64,000 nucleotides of DNA from Eledone cirrhosa (Eukaryota): contig OZ024754.1 of NCBI GenBank assembly GCA_964016885.1, forward strand, positions 35,588,001-35,652,000, read 5' to 3'. A program made the translations under genes and the position numbers. The first letter of the stretch is position 1, and each line of letters starts with the position of its first letter. Shown here piece after piece: positions 29,647 through 44,673 of this stretch. The notes under the pieces are model-generated. The model did no database searches and was not told the DNA's origin. It worked only from the letters and a program-made list of their open reading frames with translations.

Positions 29647-29697
29647 TAAAATAAAGTTAAATAAAAGTCAAATGATTAAAATTTAGCTTCGTTTATT

Positions 29698-29752
29698 ACT
29701 GCTATATATATTTCAGTGACAGCCATCTTTGGCTGTGACCTCTTCAGGCAGT
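29698..29752 (-). ncRNA. Type-I hammerhead
   Basis: Reverse complement: ACTGC CTGAAGA ggtcACAGCC aaagat GGCTGTcact GAAA TATATA TA GCAGT. Confidence 0.78.
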
Positions 29753-30236
29753 TTGAATTAGTATATATATATAAGTATGTATGTATGTATACGTACATAC
29801 ATATATGTATACAGACGTACAGTAGTATGTATATATATACATACATGGACACATATATATATATATGCACGTATCGGTTTACCGAACATTTATTATAATG
29901 CTCGGTTTGTTTGTAAACAAACAAACAGCCCGAATTACGCCGTACAGTGTTTAGGCAACCACGTCACCTTTTTGTTCAACACTGACACAGGAACGATGTA
30001 CTAGTTTCAAGTTTATTAGCTATCGTCAGCATTTTATACCTTCCTGCCAGATAGATGGTTGAACGTCTGAAAGTATATATTAACGGCTGAGCAGCCTAAT
30101 TTGCATATCGAGTGAGTTTAGTCGGCTGGGCGCACCGAAAACGATAAATGGAATAGAATGAAACGAAATTTCATTTCTCACTCTTAGTACGGCAGTTAGT
30201 ACGGCAGTGAGAAATGAAATTTCGTTTCATTCTATT

Positions 30237-30287
<51 letters not shown>

Positions 30288-30520
30288 TAACAGATTAAAG
30301 TTTAAGCAAAGCGATAAAGCGATTCTTTGCTTAAACTTTAATCTGTTATTTTAATAAATATTTGCTCTACGGTTCTTGTATATCTGATATATATTTATTC
30401 TTATCGAGCCCTCTTTGGATTTTAGTCTTCAAATTTATTATTATTACTATATATATATATATATATATTCTCTCACGCGCGCACCCACAACCTCTGTTAA
30501 GTATACATATTCGTAGAATA

Positions 30521-30713
30521 ATAATTGTTTCTACTTTTGGCACAAGGCCAGCAATTATTTCAATACATTACTGGTACTATATGTTATCGACCCTGTGAGG
30601 ATGAAAGGCAAAGTTAACCTCGGCGGGATTTGAACTCAGACCATAAAGGACCGTAACTCTTTGCTGCAAAGCATGGCATCAGACCCTCTACTGATACTGC
30701 CAATCCACCGCCC
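30521..30713 (-). mobile_element. SINE family A with 15-bp TSD
   Basis: TCGTAGAATAATAAT at 30511-30525 and 30714-30728. Confidence 0.9.
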
Positions 30714-31895
30714 TCGTAGAATAATAATAAGAACTCAATGCAAGGAGAGAGAGAAAGAACGAAAGAAGGGAAAGACATAGCCAACGAACCTCCGGCCATT
30801 GTGCCCGTCGAAAATAGAAAGCCAGTATAGCTGTGATAGAAATATAAACAATATCTCGAAGATCGAGTTGAAGTGTGAGTGTATTAGAATTCATAGAATA
30901 AACGAAAAGAACTCAACGCAAGGGAGCTGTTATAACTGCAAAATACCGTCAATGACAGCGTCGGTTAAAATTTACCTCAAAGGACAGAAATCAGCGGCTA
31001 GAAGTGTGTTGACCCGCCGAAGTAATAGGAAAAAAGGAGAAAAGGAAAAAAATTTACGAGACAATATCACACAAGCATTTTTATACCTCCTCAGCTCTCA
31101 GACCGACTGTGGTTTCACACGATTTAACTTAAGAGTGCCACATAAAATTGTCGGCTCTTGCTACAGAAAAATAAGTATTTCTGTTTTTATGATGTTTGCG
31201 TGAAAAATGAACAAATCAGATACACAGACAGACAGATCAGAGAGAGAGAGAAGTAAAATGCATCCTCTCGGCACCAAATCGCCAATAAAAAGGACAACAA
31301 AAGCCCTGAATTTCGGGACAGTTAAGTTGGCCCAGGTTTGCTTTTGTTGAATGAACTTCTGGGCCTGGGCCAATTTTTTCGCTTTTTGTGTCATCTCCAT
31401 GCTAAAGCATAGCGTTTTTTTGGCTGCTGCAACACCGAAAGAGTTTTTGGTGTTGTCCGTGTTGCTGTTACCGGTTCTGTTGCTGGTCACATTGTTGTTG
31501 TTGTTGTTGTTGCAGTTGGTGTTGTTCTTGGTACAGTTGTTGTTGCTATTTTCCTTGCTACAGTTGCTGTTGGTGTTGTTGCTGTTTTCGTTGTTGCAGT
31601 TGGTGTTGGTGTTGTTGCAGTTGCTGTTTTCGTTGTTGCAGTTGGTGTTGGTGTTGTTGCAGTTGGTGTTGTTCTTGGTACAGTTGTTGTTGTTATTTTC
31701 CTTGCTGCAGTTGCTGTTGGTGTTGTTGCTGTTTTCGTTGTTGCAGTTGATGTTGGTGTTGTTGCAGTTGGGGTTGTTCTTGGTACAGTTATTGTTGTTG
31801 TTTCGTTGTTGTAGTTGTTGTTGCCGTTGTTTTCTTCACTCGTTTCATTATTGTTGTTGTTACTGTCATTGTTCACAAGGCTGCATGTGTTTGTA

Positions 31896-32469
31896 ATAAT
31901 TGTTTCTACTTTAGGCACAAGGCCAGCAATTACCCAGTGCATTACTGGTACTTTATTTTATCGACCTCCGTAAGGATGAAAGGCAAAGTCAACCTCGGCG
32001 GGATTCGAACTCAGATCGTAAAGAGACGTAACTATGCTGGAAAGCATGGCGTCTGACCCTCTACCGATACTGCCAATCCACCGCCCTTCTATAATTGTTT
32101 CTACTTTAGGCACAAGGCCAGCAATTACCCAGTGCATTACTGGTACTTTATTTTATCGACCCCATAAGGATGAAAGGCAAAGTCAACCTCGGCGTGATTT
32201 GAACTCAGATCGTAAAGAGACGTAACTATGCTGGAAAGCATGGCGTCTGACCCTCTACCGATACTGCCAATCCACCGCCCTTCTATAATTGTTTCTACTT
32301 TAGGCACAAGGCCAGCAATTACCCAGTGCATTACTGGTACTTTATTTTATCGACCCCATAAGGATGAAAGGCAAAGTCAACCTCGGCGGGATTTGAACTC
32401 AGATCGTAAAGAGACGTAACTATGCTGGAAAGCATGGCGTCTGACCCTCTACCAATACTGCCAATTCAC
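31896..32469 (-). mobile_element. Head-to-tail trimer of SINE family A
   Basis: ATAATTGTTTCTAC at 31896, 32091 and 32285 (period 194-195). Confidence 0.92.
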
Positions 32470-32761
32470 TTTGACAGCCAATAATAATAATAATAACAAT
32501 AACAATGGAAATATCGATAAAACAACAGTATCCCTGAAAGCGTTCTCTACCGGAAGCTGGAGATTTTCTATATCACCAGCATTGCAAATGTCGGAAATTA
32601 GCCTGTGACATGTTCCTCATTCTGTCAAAATCATGTTAGCTATATCGTTTTTCAACGAATATATACACGCAAACAGACTCACACATACATATGCATTCGC
32701 TCACATACACACACAGATGCACGCGCACGCACACACACACACACATGACACACACAGATAT

Positions 32762-32792
<31 letters not shown>

Positions 32793-32866
32793 AATATATA
32801 TATATACATTTATATATATGTACATATGTATACATACACATATATAACATATATATATGCATTTAT

Positions 32867-32917
<51 letters not shown>

Positions 32918-33640
32918 CATATGTATACAATTACCACATATATAACATATATTATGTAAGTGTCTATATATATATATATATTTATATATGATGGCTGCCC
33001 CCTCGTTATCGAGATATTTATACACTACACACATATATATATATATACATACACACATATAACATATATACATACACGGAATAAATTGATGGACAAACAA
33101 ACGCACACACACACACACACACAGACAGACATATATATATATATACATATACACGCAATAAACTGATGGACACAAAGGCCCATGTTGTACAATTCATATA
33201 AGCCTGGTTCTAGCTGCTTTGTAGAGTTTCTGCGCAAAACATCCAAATTTTCTTGTTGATGGCCTCAAGCCAAAATATAAGGATGAAGAATAATATTAAC
33301 ACACTTGCACCCACACTCACGTGTGTGTACATATATATATATACGCATATACACACACAAACACACATACACCCACACTCACGTTTTTATATGTATATTT
33401 ATATATATATATACGCATATACACACACACAAACACATATACACCCACACTCACGTGTGTATATGTATATTTATATATATATATACGCATATACACACAC
33501 ACACAAACACACATACACCCACACTCACGCGCACATATATATACATACGCGTATACACACACATACACCCATACTCACGTATATATATATATATATATAT
33601 ATGAGATATAAGAATCAAAGAACTGTTCAAAACATTATTG

Positions 33641-33687
33641 TGCTTACAGCTGTTTCCTCCAAACCGAGGTTTGGATTCTTCGGAGCA
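33641..33687 (-). ncRNA. Type-I hammerhead, U4C core variant
   Basis: Reverse complement: TGCT CCGAAGA a TCCAAACC tc GGTTTGGA g GAAA CAGCTG TA AGCA. Confidence 0.7.
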
Positions 33688-34496
33688 ATTTATTAATGCA
33701 TGGACAGTTATATGACCTCCTTTTCAGCCGAGAGACATACCAATACATATTCAAACATTGATACATATTCAAACATTGTGGGTCAACATTCATTACAGAA
33801 TTTAGAGTGGCAGTACACACTTCGAGATTACATTTATATTAATAGGTACAATCAAAAATCAAAGATATAGGTTAAAGTACAACATGAAGATAAGTGGTTA
33901 TATAGTGCAAATGTTATATGTGTGGCACGCATGTGCGTCTTGTTTATATAGTGTGGCAGAGAGATATGTGTGGTAGAGGCACTTAGGTAGGTAAATAAGA
34001 GTGTTAGGTTGGTAGATCTGGTGGCAAAGTCTTTATATGTAAGCACAATAATGTTTTGAACAGTTCTTTGATTCTTATATCTCATATAACTGCTCTGTAA
34101 ATCATCTGATGTTTTTACATTGAGCTACTTAACTTACTGGTAATAAGGTAGTAATACATTACTGCCTACCACTATTTAGGGTGTGTGTAAAATACTTACA
34201 ACTGCTTAAGGTTTTGTGTTTACATAACCATAAATAGTATAACTAATACTATATATATATATATATATACGCATATACATACATCTACTCACATAAACAC
34301 ACACACAAACACACATACACATACACTCACGTGCACATATATATATTCATACTCACATACACATACGTACACACATAAACACACGCAAACACACATACAC
34401 CCACACTCACTTCTTCGGAGGGAAGTAATGGGGTTAATCCAGTGTTCTAATTAGCTTGCCAAGCTAATTAGAACACTGGATTAACCCCATTACTTC

Positions 34497-34531
34497 CCTC
34501 CGAAGAAGAGATATTATCTCGAAAATTAAGG
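34497..34531 (+). ncRNA. Minimal hammerhead-like motif, U4C core variant
   Basis: CCT CCGAAGA a GAGA tatta TCTC GAAA at TA AGG; overlaps the right arm of the 49-bp hairpin 34410-34508. Confidence 0.5.
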
Positions 34532-34684
34532 ATATTCAAATAGATTTAAGGTAAAAGACTAATTGTCAGCAATATCTTTTGCATTTGTATTTATATTCTA
34601 TATCCATACATGCATTGTTCTGGCCTTCCAACTCCAAACGTTTATACCTCACTGCGCAATGCTTCAAGTAAACTACAATTTCCC

Positions 34685-34771
<87 letters not shown>

Positions 34772-35007
34772 TAAAGGTAAACAGAAATAACAACACAATC
34801 GGTACAGTATATGGAAGGTATATATTAGGTTAACGCTTGATATAGCAGGAAGAGGGTCTTAACGTTTCGGACGCTATTCCTATATGGCGTATATAAAATG
34901 ACGTAGACTTTACAATACAATGGAAGGAAACATAATAGTACAACCCATGGTGCCGCAGATGTGTGACTAAAGACCTTTGATAGACTATATATATATATAT
35001 TTATACC

Positions 35008-35172
35008 TGTATTTTTAACCGTTGGTCAATCAATGATAAACATTGATTGCCAAATAAATTAACTATGGAGATATAAAAGATACAGAAGCGAAAACCAACC
35101 CCAACCAAACAGTGAGTGTGTTCTGTTATTATTTCTGGCAATATAATAATATGGCCCTCCCCAAGTATAACA
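35008..35172 (+). mobile_element. Solo 3'-terminal fragment of the same PLE family as 60978-61150
   Basis: Shares GATATAAAAGAYACAGAAGCGAAAA…CAACCAAACAGTGAGTGTGTTCTGTTATTA…CCCTCCCCAAGTATAACA with the reverse complement of 60978-61150; flanked by (TA)n. Confidence 0.8.
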
Positions 35173-35573
35173 ATATATATATATGGATAAGAGAGTATTA
35201 AAGTTTGCTTGAAGCATTGTGGAATAATAAAAAATTTCTGTTGTCCGCCGTTGTGATACACAAATCGCGGCAAACAGAGGCCACGTACCGTTTCTCTCCG
35301 ACAGATAACTTTCACCCTCGGAAAACCCCCCAGTTGATGGATTCGAAATCCGAAATATAGGGACAATTAAATCTCTCCCAAGGTAACTCTATCTCGTGTT
35401 ATTATTTTAATTTTTTACGCTCTTTCCTACGTTCCTCTACACACTATACATCTCATTCTACATTTTCTCTTACATCTCTCTCTTCAGCACCGGATTCTGT
35501 TACCCGGAGATTTACCCATCTGCATTGTTGAGGCTTCCAACACGACCCCAAAAAATATATATATATGTTTTAT

Positions 35574-35631
<58 letters not shown>

Positions 35632-36896
35632 CGCACCTGTTGGTTTTCACTTCAATTTATTATAAATGTTCCGGCTGGTTGGATAACCAACCGGAAATTT
35701 ATAATGTTCGTGGTGCCACTGAGTTGGTACTTTCTCGATCGACCCCAAACAAAGGAAATACAAACTGGTCCTAGACAGGATTTGAATTCAGAATACAGAG
35801 ATCCAGGACAAATATCCAATACTATCCACTCTACCAAATCAACGACCTAGACAAGGACATACAGGAATCCTGGCAGTAAACGCACAATAGAATGTTCAAA
35901 GTATACTGCCCTTTGATAGTTCACACCCAATTAAATAACAAAGGAGCCATCGGTGATTGGTCAGTCAACTATAGTCCTCAACTAGAAATAAATGGCCTCC
36001 GGTCAATATTGAGTTTTGTTTCTTGTTGAGTTTTTCTTTCTTATGGTTTAAATCAGAGAAAGGAGGGCAGCGTCCATTAACCCCACTTTGCAAAGCCTAC
36101 GTAACCTGTGAGAGGAAAGAGGTTTTCCTCAAACTATACACCTGATCTAGATATTTGTGACAGAATAGCTTCAACTAGGAGGTGGAGTACAAACTAAATA
36201 TATTTGAATTCAGTACCTTACGTCGTTAAACCGTTCCCCAAACCCCTGCCTTATTAAAATTAAAACGTCTCTTTTCAAATACCCTTACATAAAAATCTTG
36301 TGTACGTCGATGTTTTGGAGGAGACATAATGGTTGAGAAAACTCAGGATAAGCACGACAGTTGTTGGGGCTAGAATTTTCTCTTATATCGTGTGATGGGG
36401 TTTCGTGTGGAACAGAATTTTAAGAATTTTACACTATTCTCTTTTTATTTTTCATTAAAAAAAATTTTCCGACTACATATATACGAAACTGCATTATTTA
36501 AAACCATGGAAGATACGAACCCACGGTATATCGTTTCGGATATTTTAGCTGTAAGTTCAAATCCTTCTAGATTCGACTTTGATCGTTCATAAATTCTAAG
36601 ATCAATAAACAATGATATACACTGGTTTCGATTCAGTGGAATACACTTTTCCACAACTTGTGGCCAAGAGCCAATGTAGGAGGAAATTATTGTGAAGACG
36701 CACACTATGGACAACATTGTGTCTCCATTGCTGATGATTTGGCAACCATGTATTTCGGCCTCTTGTCAATCAATACCAAATACCCTGTAGAGCTTCTCAG
36801 AATGCTCTATGTTAGGTTTTCCAAATCCTTCCCCATTTTCTATAAATCCCTTTGGTGATCGAAAGCCTTACTGAATTGCAATCCCGAAGCATTGAT

Positions 36897-37448
36897 AGCA
36901 ACACTGTACTCATATATCGCTATCTTAATGATTTAGCTTTCTGGTGGATTGTCCCCATTGTAACATAATGTAGCCTGTTAATCGTTAGAGAACAACAACA
37001 CTGTACTCATATGTTGCTATCTTAATGATTTAGCTTTCTGGTGGAATGTCCCCATTGCTACAGAATGTAGCCTGTTAGTCCTTAGAGAACAACAACACTG
37101 TACTCATATGCTGCTATCTTAATGATTTAGCTTTCTGGTGGAATGTCCCCATTGCTACAGAATGTAGCCTGTTAGTCCTTAGAGAACAACAACACTGTAC
37201 TCATATGCTGCTATCTTAATGATTTAGCTTTCTGGTGGAATGTCCCCATTGCTACAGAATGTAGCCTGTTAGTCCTTAGAGAACAACAACACTGTACTCA
37301 TATGTTGCTATCTTAATAATTTGGCTTTCTGGTGGAATGTCCCCATTACTACAGAATGTAGCCTGTTAGTCCTTAGAGAACAACAACACTGTACTCATAT
37401 GCTGCTATCTTAATGATCTAGCTTTATGGTGGAATGCCTCCATTGCTA
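36897..37448. repeat. 97-bp minisatellite, about 5.6 copies
   Basis: ACACTGTACTC at 36901, 36998, 37095, 37192, 37289 and 37386. Confidence 0.95.
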
Positions 37449-37637
37449 ATGTAATCACCACAAGTCAGTTCTGAATTAAAATTTCAATTTCTGTACCCTT
37501 CAAATGGCGTTGCTTTATGTTTTATAGATGCAGGTGTTCGTCAACAAGACGGTACTATATACTATATACGATATACTATAGCAGTATATAATATATATTA
37601 TATACTATATACTATATTATACCATAAACAACACAAT

Positions 37638-37709
37638 ATTCCATTACCTAAGGTTTCATAAAATTAGACAATTCTGACAGAAACATCCAGTTTGTTCATC
37701 AGATGAAAT
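37638..37709 (-). ncRNA. Type-I hammerhead in fold-back segment 37624-37873
   Basis: Reverse complement: ATTTCAT CTGATGA [long, imperfect stem II] GAAAC cttag GTA ATGGAAT. The plus-strand arm copy has lost GAAA. Confidence 0.6.
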
Positions 37710-38375
37710 ATTTATGTTATGGATATAACATTTGAAATTAAAATCTATCCTAATTTCAAATGTTATATCCATAACATAAATATTTCATCTGATGAACGAG
37801 CTGGACGTTTCTGTTAGAATCATCTAATTTCATAAAACCTTAGGCAATGGAATAATTATATTGTGTTGTTTATTATATAATGAAATAGCTCTGTACTACA
37901 CATAGAGCACTCTTCTTTCCTTTACCTTTTCTGCGGAAATACATAACAGATACTATATACTATATATAGGTGGCAAATTGGCAGAGTCGGAATATTTGAG
38001 AACATTTTGTTTTCGTTTCAGTTCTCTGCATTCTGAGTTCAAATCCAGCAGAGGTGCACTTTCCCTCTCACCTTTTCAAAGTCGATAAAAAGGTACCAGT
38101 CCAGTACTGAGGTTGATTCTGCTTCTGTATGACGCACTATGTCACATTTACGACTCCATTACAAAAGTGTCTTTCTCAAGAACACAACACGACGCCGGTA
38201 ATCGAATTCAGGAGCTTACACTCGTGAACTGAACAACCTAACCACTAAGCCTCGTGCACTCACTAGCAATTAAGGACCGCAGTCGAATCAACAACGTGTG
38301 TCACTTCTCCACCTCAGCCCCAAACATGTGTGTATTTCTGTGGCTATGTTTGAAATTATTTGTATAATACAATTC

Positions 38376-38676
38376 TAAGGTCTGTCTTAAGCCAGAAGGC
38401 TCATTTGGCCGGTGCTTATCCCGGTTTCATGGCGTGAAGCGACTGAGAGTACAAGACACCCCCACTCTGAACAGGACGCCAGTCCATTGCAGGGTTAACT
38501 CTCCAGCTATTGCTGGTAATATTTTTTATTGCTGGTAATACTCATTTTCAGCTGAGTATACTGGAGCAACGTGAAATGAAGTGTTTTGCTCAAGAACACA
38601 TCACGCAACCCAGGAATTGAACCCACGACATTATGATCATAAGTCCAACACCCTTACCATTAAGCCACGTACCTCC
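38376..38676 (-). mobile_element. tRNA-derived SINE family B (CORE-like plus V-domain-like)
   Basis: Reverse complement: GTGGCTTAATGG…GGTTCAATTCC…TTCTTGAGCAAAACACTT…CCCTGCAATGGACTGGCGTCCTGT. Confidence 0.85.
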
Positions 38677-39435
38677 ATAATACTATTGGTAAGGTTTATA
38701 TCCTGGTCAAAACACAAAGGTTCATGAAAAGCCACAGACGAGCCAGAAAGTACCAGACTAGTGCAGTCCCCTTTCTTTCTATTACACTTGATTAGCCAGA
38801 CACCATCACTGATAATCTAATCTAATCTAATCTAATCTAATCTAATCTGGCCGAGTTTACACTCGCAAAATAAGAAGAACCAGGGCCACCCCTAGGAGCA
38901 TTGGATTTGGTGCACTTCATATTTGTTTCGGTTGCTGAATACAATCAGGGGTCGCTGCTTCTCCTGAAGGTCAATAGTTTTCTTCTAACTCGAGTGGGAG
39001 TGCCTTTCCATTCTCAATTTACATTGATCATCTGCAAAGCCTCATTGTTCTCAGACCCACTACACCAGTCTTTCGATGTGTGCAGCTGGAACTACTACCA
39101 CCCATTGATTTGGCAGGATCACAACTCCTTTCTACAGCTGAGTAAACTGGAGCAACGTGAAAATAAAGTGTCTTGCTCAAGGACACAACACATCATTCGG
39201 TCCGAGAATCGAGCTCACAACCTTTCGAATGCTCTAACCACTAAGCCATGCGCCTTCACTGATAAACCAGTCTCTTAACTCTTAACTGAGTCGTAGGGAC
39301 GTCATCGAGAAAATCTCTTAGACATTACAAACTTGGTGGTGTCCATCTAAGTCCAGATTTGACCATAATTAATTAATTCTAGAGAGAGGTGGGACGGAGA
39401 GGGAGAAGTTGATGAAATAGAGAGATCTGTATAGT

Positions 39436-39530
39436 ATGCACGCGAATGAACGCGGATGCACGCGGATGCACGCGAATGCACGCGAATGCATGCGAATGCA
39501 CGCGAATGCACTCGAATGCACGCGAATGCA
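39436..39530. repeat. 10-bp ATGCACGCGA tandem, about 9 copies
   Basis: Direct inspection. Confidence 0.9.
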
Positions 39531-39719
39531 AGCAGACACACTCAAACAACGTTATAAATACGTTTCTCATTATAAAGGTTCCAGTCCGTACCTGTTGGTT
39601 AGTGGGTACAGATACGTCAGCTTGAGTACATAGGGGAAAATGCATGTATGTACATGCTCCTGTATGTATGTATACAGTATATATATATATTGTGTAGTAG
39701 TTATTTCTGTTTACCTTTT

Positions 39720-39877
<158 letters not shown>

Positions 39878-39903
39878 GTGTATATATATATATATATATG
39901 TAC

Positions 39904-39938
<35 letters not shown>

Positions 39939-39947
39939 ATATATGTG

Positions 39948-40024
<77 letters not shown>

Positions 40025-40033
40025 TTCAATGAT

Positions 40034-40069
<36 letters not shown>

Positions 40070-40101
40070 GGGGAGAGAGAGAGAGAAAGAGAGACATAGG
40101 C

Positions 40102-40137
<36 letters not shown>

Positions 40138-40412
40138 TTTACGCAGCAGCCCAGCTTCTATCAGTCTCACCATCTCTCTACTAATTGATGGCACCTCCTC
40201 TTCCCTCATCTCTCTTTACTATTCCCTCTCTTCCTCCCCACCCCTTCTCTTCTCTAATCATATATTCTAGTCAATAGATTAATTCTGTCTACAATGTATG
40301 TCAAAATTGCTTCTCAAGCTATGTAGCTAGGTATTACTGTGTATATATATAGTAGTGTGTATGTATTAATGTGTATATTAGAGTTTAAATATATATTACT
40401 GTGTATACATAT

Positions 40413-40453
<41 letters not shown>

Positions 40454-40764
40454 GGAAGAAATGTGGTAAGGAACCAGATGGACCATAACGCACCAAAGTA
40501 CTCAATACTTAGGGTAGTAGAGTGGGTAAGAGGAACGAGTAGGACCCCGACGGCTGACTAAAATTTGGACTAAAATTTTAGTCCAGAATTAGCCGTCGAA
40601 ACGGCTTGAGCTCAGCCGTCGGGGTCAGTCCAGAATTAGCCGTCGAAACGGCTTGAGCTCAGCCGTCGGGGTCAGTCCAGAATTAGCCGTCGAAACGGCT
40701 TGAGCTCAGCCGTCGGAGTCCTACTCGTTCCTATATATATACATATATATATATATATATACAT

Positions 40765-40875
<111 letters not shown>

Positions 40876-40920
40876 AATATATAATATAAGATCAAAAGAT
40901 GGTTAAAAGAGTTCCATGTA

Positions 40921-40987
40921 TTTTATTATGCGCATTTCAAAAACAAATATCATCATGGGATGATATCTGCGTTCTCATCAGATAACA
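40921..40987 (-). ncRNA. Type-I hammerhead (TGCGCA family, diverged stem II)
   Basis: Reverse complement: tgTTAT CTGATGA gaacgcagatatcatcccatgatgatatttgttttt GAAA TGCGCA TA ATAAaa. Confidence 0.7.
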
Positions 40988-41158
40988 TAGGGATACATGA
41001 TATGAAGTTTAAAAAACACTTAATAAAATACATGGAACTCTTTTAACCATCTTTTGATCTTATATTATTTATATATGCTCCAGTCCTATAAACTGTTGAG
41101 TGCTACTTATCCGATATTTGCATTGCTTTATTGTGCTACAATAAAACTCACCTCCTAC

Positions 41159-41264
<106 letters not shown>

Positions 41265-41290
41265 TATATATATACATACAAATATATATG

Positions 41291-41326
<36 letters not shown>

Positions 41327-41329
41327 CAC

Positions 41330-41424
<95 letters not shown>

Positions 41425-41547
41425 TATACATAAACTTTACAGAGATACTACTACTACTACTACTACTACTACTGTTGCTGCTGCTGCTACTACTACTTCT
41501 ACTACTGCTATACTACTGCTACTACTGCTACTGCTATTACTACTACG

Positions 41548-41582
<35 letters not shown>

Positions 41583-41725
41583 CACTACTACTACTACTAC
41601 TACTACTATTACCACTACTACTACTACTACTACTGCTACTGCTACTACTACTACTGCTACTACTGTTGCTGCTGTTTCTGCTTCTGCTGCTGCTGCTGCT
41701 ACTACTACTACTACTACTACTACTA

Positions 41726-41771
<46 letters not shown>

Positions 41772-41842
41772 GCTGCTGCTGTGCTACTGCTGCTCTGCTA
41801 CTACTACTAACTACTACTACCACCACCACCACCACCACCACC

Positions 41843-41934
<92 letters not shown>

Positions 41935-42063
41935 ACACAGTAGAGCAGCTCTATTACTGTGTTGTAACATTGATTTGTACTGAAGCTTCTATCGCTTGTA
42001 CCTATATATAACTGATGACGTAGAGCAAGGCATATCTCCGCCGACGCCATCTTCTTCGTACCA

Positions 42064-42153
<90 letters not shown>

Positions 42154-42254
42154 GTGAACACACACACCTACATACATACACATGCATCTATGCATACATT
42201 CATACTTACATACATATATATACATACGTATATACATATATATGCATACATATA

Positions 42255-42331
<77 letters not shown>

Positions 42332-42404
42332 ATATATATATATATAAAATAATATGTAATATAATATATATAAAGTAATATAAAGTAATAATATAAATAT
42401 AATA

Positions 42405-42459
<55 letters not shown>

Positions 42460-42552
42460 CCCACATATATATACATTACCCACTCTACTACCCCAAGTAT
42501 TGAGTACTTTGGTGCGTTATGGTCCACCTGGTTCCTTACCACATTTCCTTCG

Positions 42553-42639
<87 letters not shown>

Positions 42640-42901
42640 TACATATATACATACACACATATATACATATATATTTCTTTCTCCCACTCAATCATTCACA
42701 TACTCACACTCTCACTCCGGCAGCCACTCATGCTTCTCTCATACTTACACTCAATATGTCTGTTTCTTGACCACTGTAACACTCTCACCAGTCACCACAC
42801 CCACATCCACACACACACACACACTCTCTCTCTCCTCACTCTCTCACTCTATTTTTCTAGAAATTTCTCTTTTTCTATTTTATATTCAAATCTCTACCTA
42901 C

Positions 42902-42946
<45 letters not shown>

Positions 42947-43533
42947 AACGAGGGAGAGGCGGTTTTCCTATGTGTTATGGCTATGGTGAAAGAGGTTATA
43001 TGGTGGACGAGGTTAAAAGGGCTGAGGTCAGACACCTTTCTCTCCGGCGAGCAACTGATTCGTTTTTTCAAATATCATTTTGGAAGAAGAATCAGGATGG
43101 AGAGAGAGGTGCTGTACCCCAGGATGGAGAGAGAGGTGCTGTACCCCAGGATGGGGAGAGAGGTACTGTACCCCAGGATGGAGAGAGAGGTGTCTACCCC
43201 AGGATGGAGAGAGAGGTGCTGTACCCCAGCAAATTTTATAAAAGGTGGGTGAATGTGACAAAGATGGCCCGAGTGGGCCTTCTCTCTATATAAGCCTGTA
43301 GGTTGAGGAAAAAGAGGAAGAGAGGAAGGGAGTACTCACTCTTGGTGCTCCTGGAGATGAGGGTTGTACATTTGTTCGGGGTGTGTACAACCCCTGTGTA
43401 CACCTCCCCCCTATTGGGGATATCAATTGTTATTTGTTATTTTATTAATAGTTTTATTTTCATATACCTGTATGTAAACTCCCCATTTGTATTTGTCCCC
43501 TTCTTTTGTGCCCTTGTGGCTAATAAAGAAATT
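42947..43533 (+). mobile_element. 5'-truncated Tx1/L1-like LINE inside a (TATC)n microsatellite
   Basis: [25 protein letters not shown]…; 27-bp unit x5 at 43094-43227; AATAAA near the 3' end; (TCTA)n on both sides. Confidence 0.75.
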
Positions 43534-43613
43534 TATCTATCTATCTATCTATCTATCTACCGACCCCTCTCTCTCTTTCTCTCACTTCCACCCCCTCTCT
43601 CTTTATATTTATA

Positions 43614-43674
<61 letters not shown>

Positions 43675-43675
43675 G

Positions 43676-43734
<59 letters not shown>

Positions 43735-43837
43735 CTTATATATATACATATATATATATAGATACATGCATATATATATATATATACATACATACACATA
43801 TATATATGTATATACACACACACATATATATATACAC

Positions 43838-43905
<68 letters not shown>

Positions 43906-43917
43906 GTATTATATATA

Positions 43918-43958
<41 letters not shown>

Positions 43959-44208
43959 TTATATATACACATACTATACACATATATATATACACATACA
44001 TATATATATATATACATATACATATATATATACATACATATACATACATACATATATATATATATATACATACATATACACATCTATACATATATACATA
44101 TACACACACATATATATATATACACATATATATACATAAGCCTACAACTTACCCAACTGGTTTATCTTTTGTATAGTTTATTCTGCGTAGTTCTGCTTCT
44201 ATCAATCA

Positions 44209-44328
<120 letters not shown>

Positions 44329-44673
44329 CCTTTATACATAATTAGTATATAAGTATACGTACGTGTGTGTATGTGTATATATTTGATAATGTGTGTATGT
44401 GTATATATATGTGATAATGTGTGTATGTGTATATATGTGATAATGTGTGTATGTGTATATATGTGATCATGTGTGTAGGTGTGTATATATGTGATAATGT
44501 GTGTATGTGTATATATATGTGATAATGTGTGTATGTGTATATATATGTGATAATGTGTGTATGTGTATATGTGTGTGATATACAGAGTAGCTATTCTTCT
44601 CCTCTGCAGCATACTCATCGATTCATAGCAGGTCGCTAGCGTAACGTTGTAATTCATTCACAATGTGTCATGA

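Noticed and set aside
42012-42060. CTGATGA after a TATA-like sequence
   Set aside because: No downstream GAAA or stem II/III; a promoter call is unsupported.
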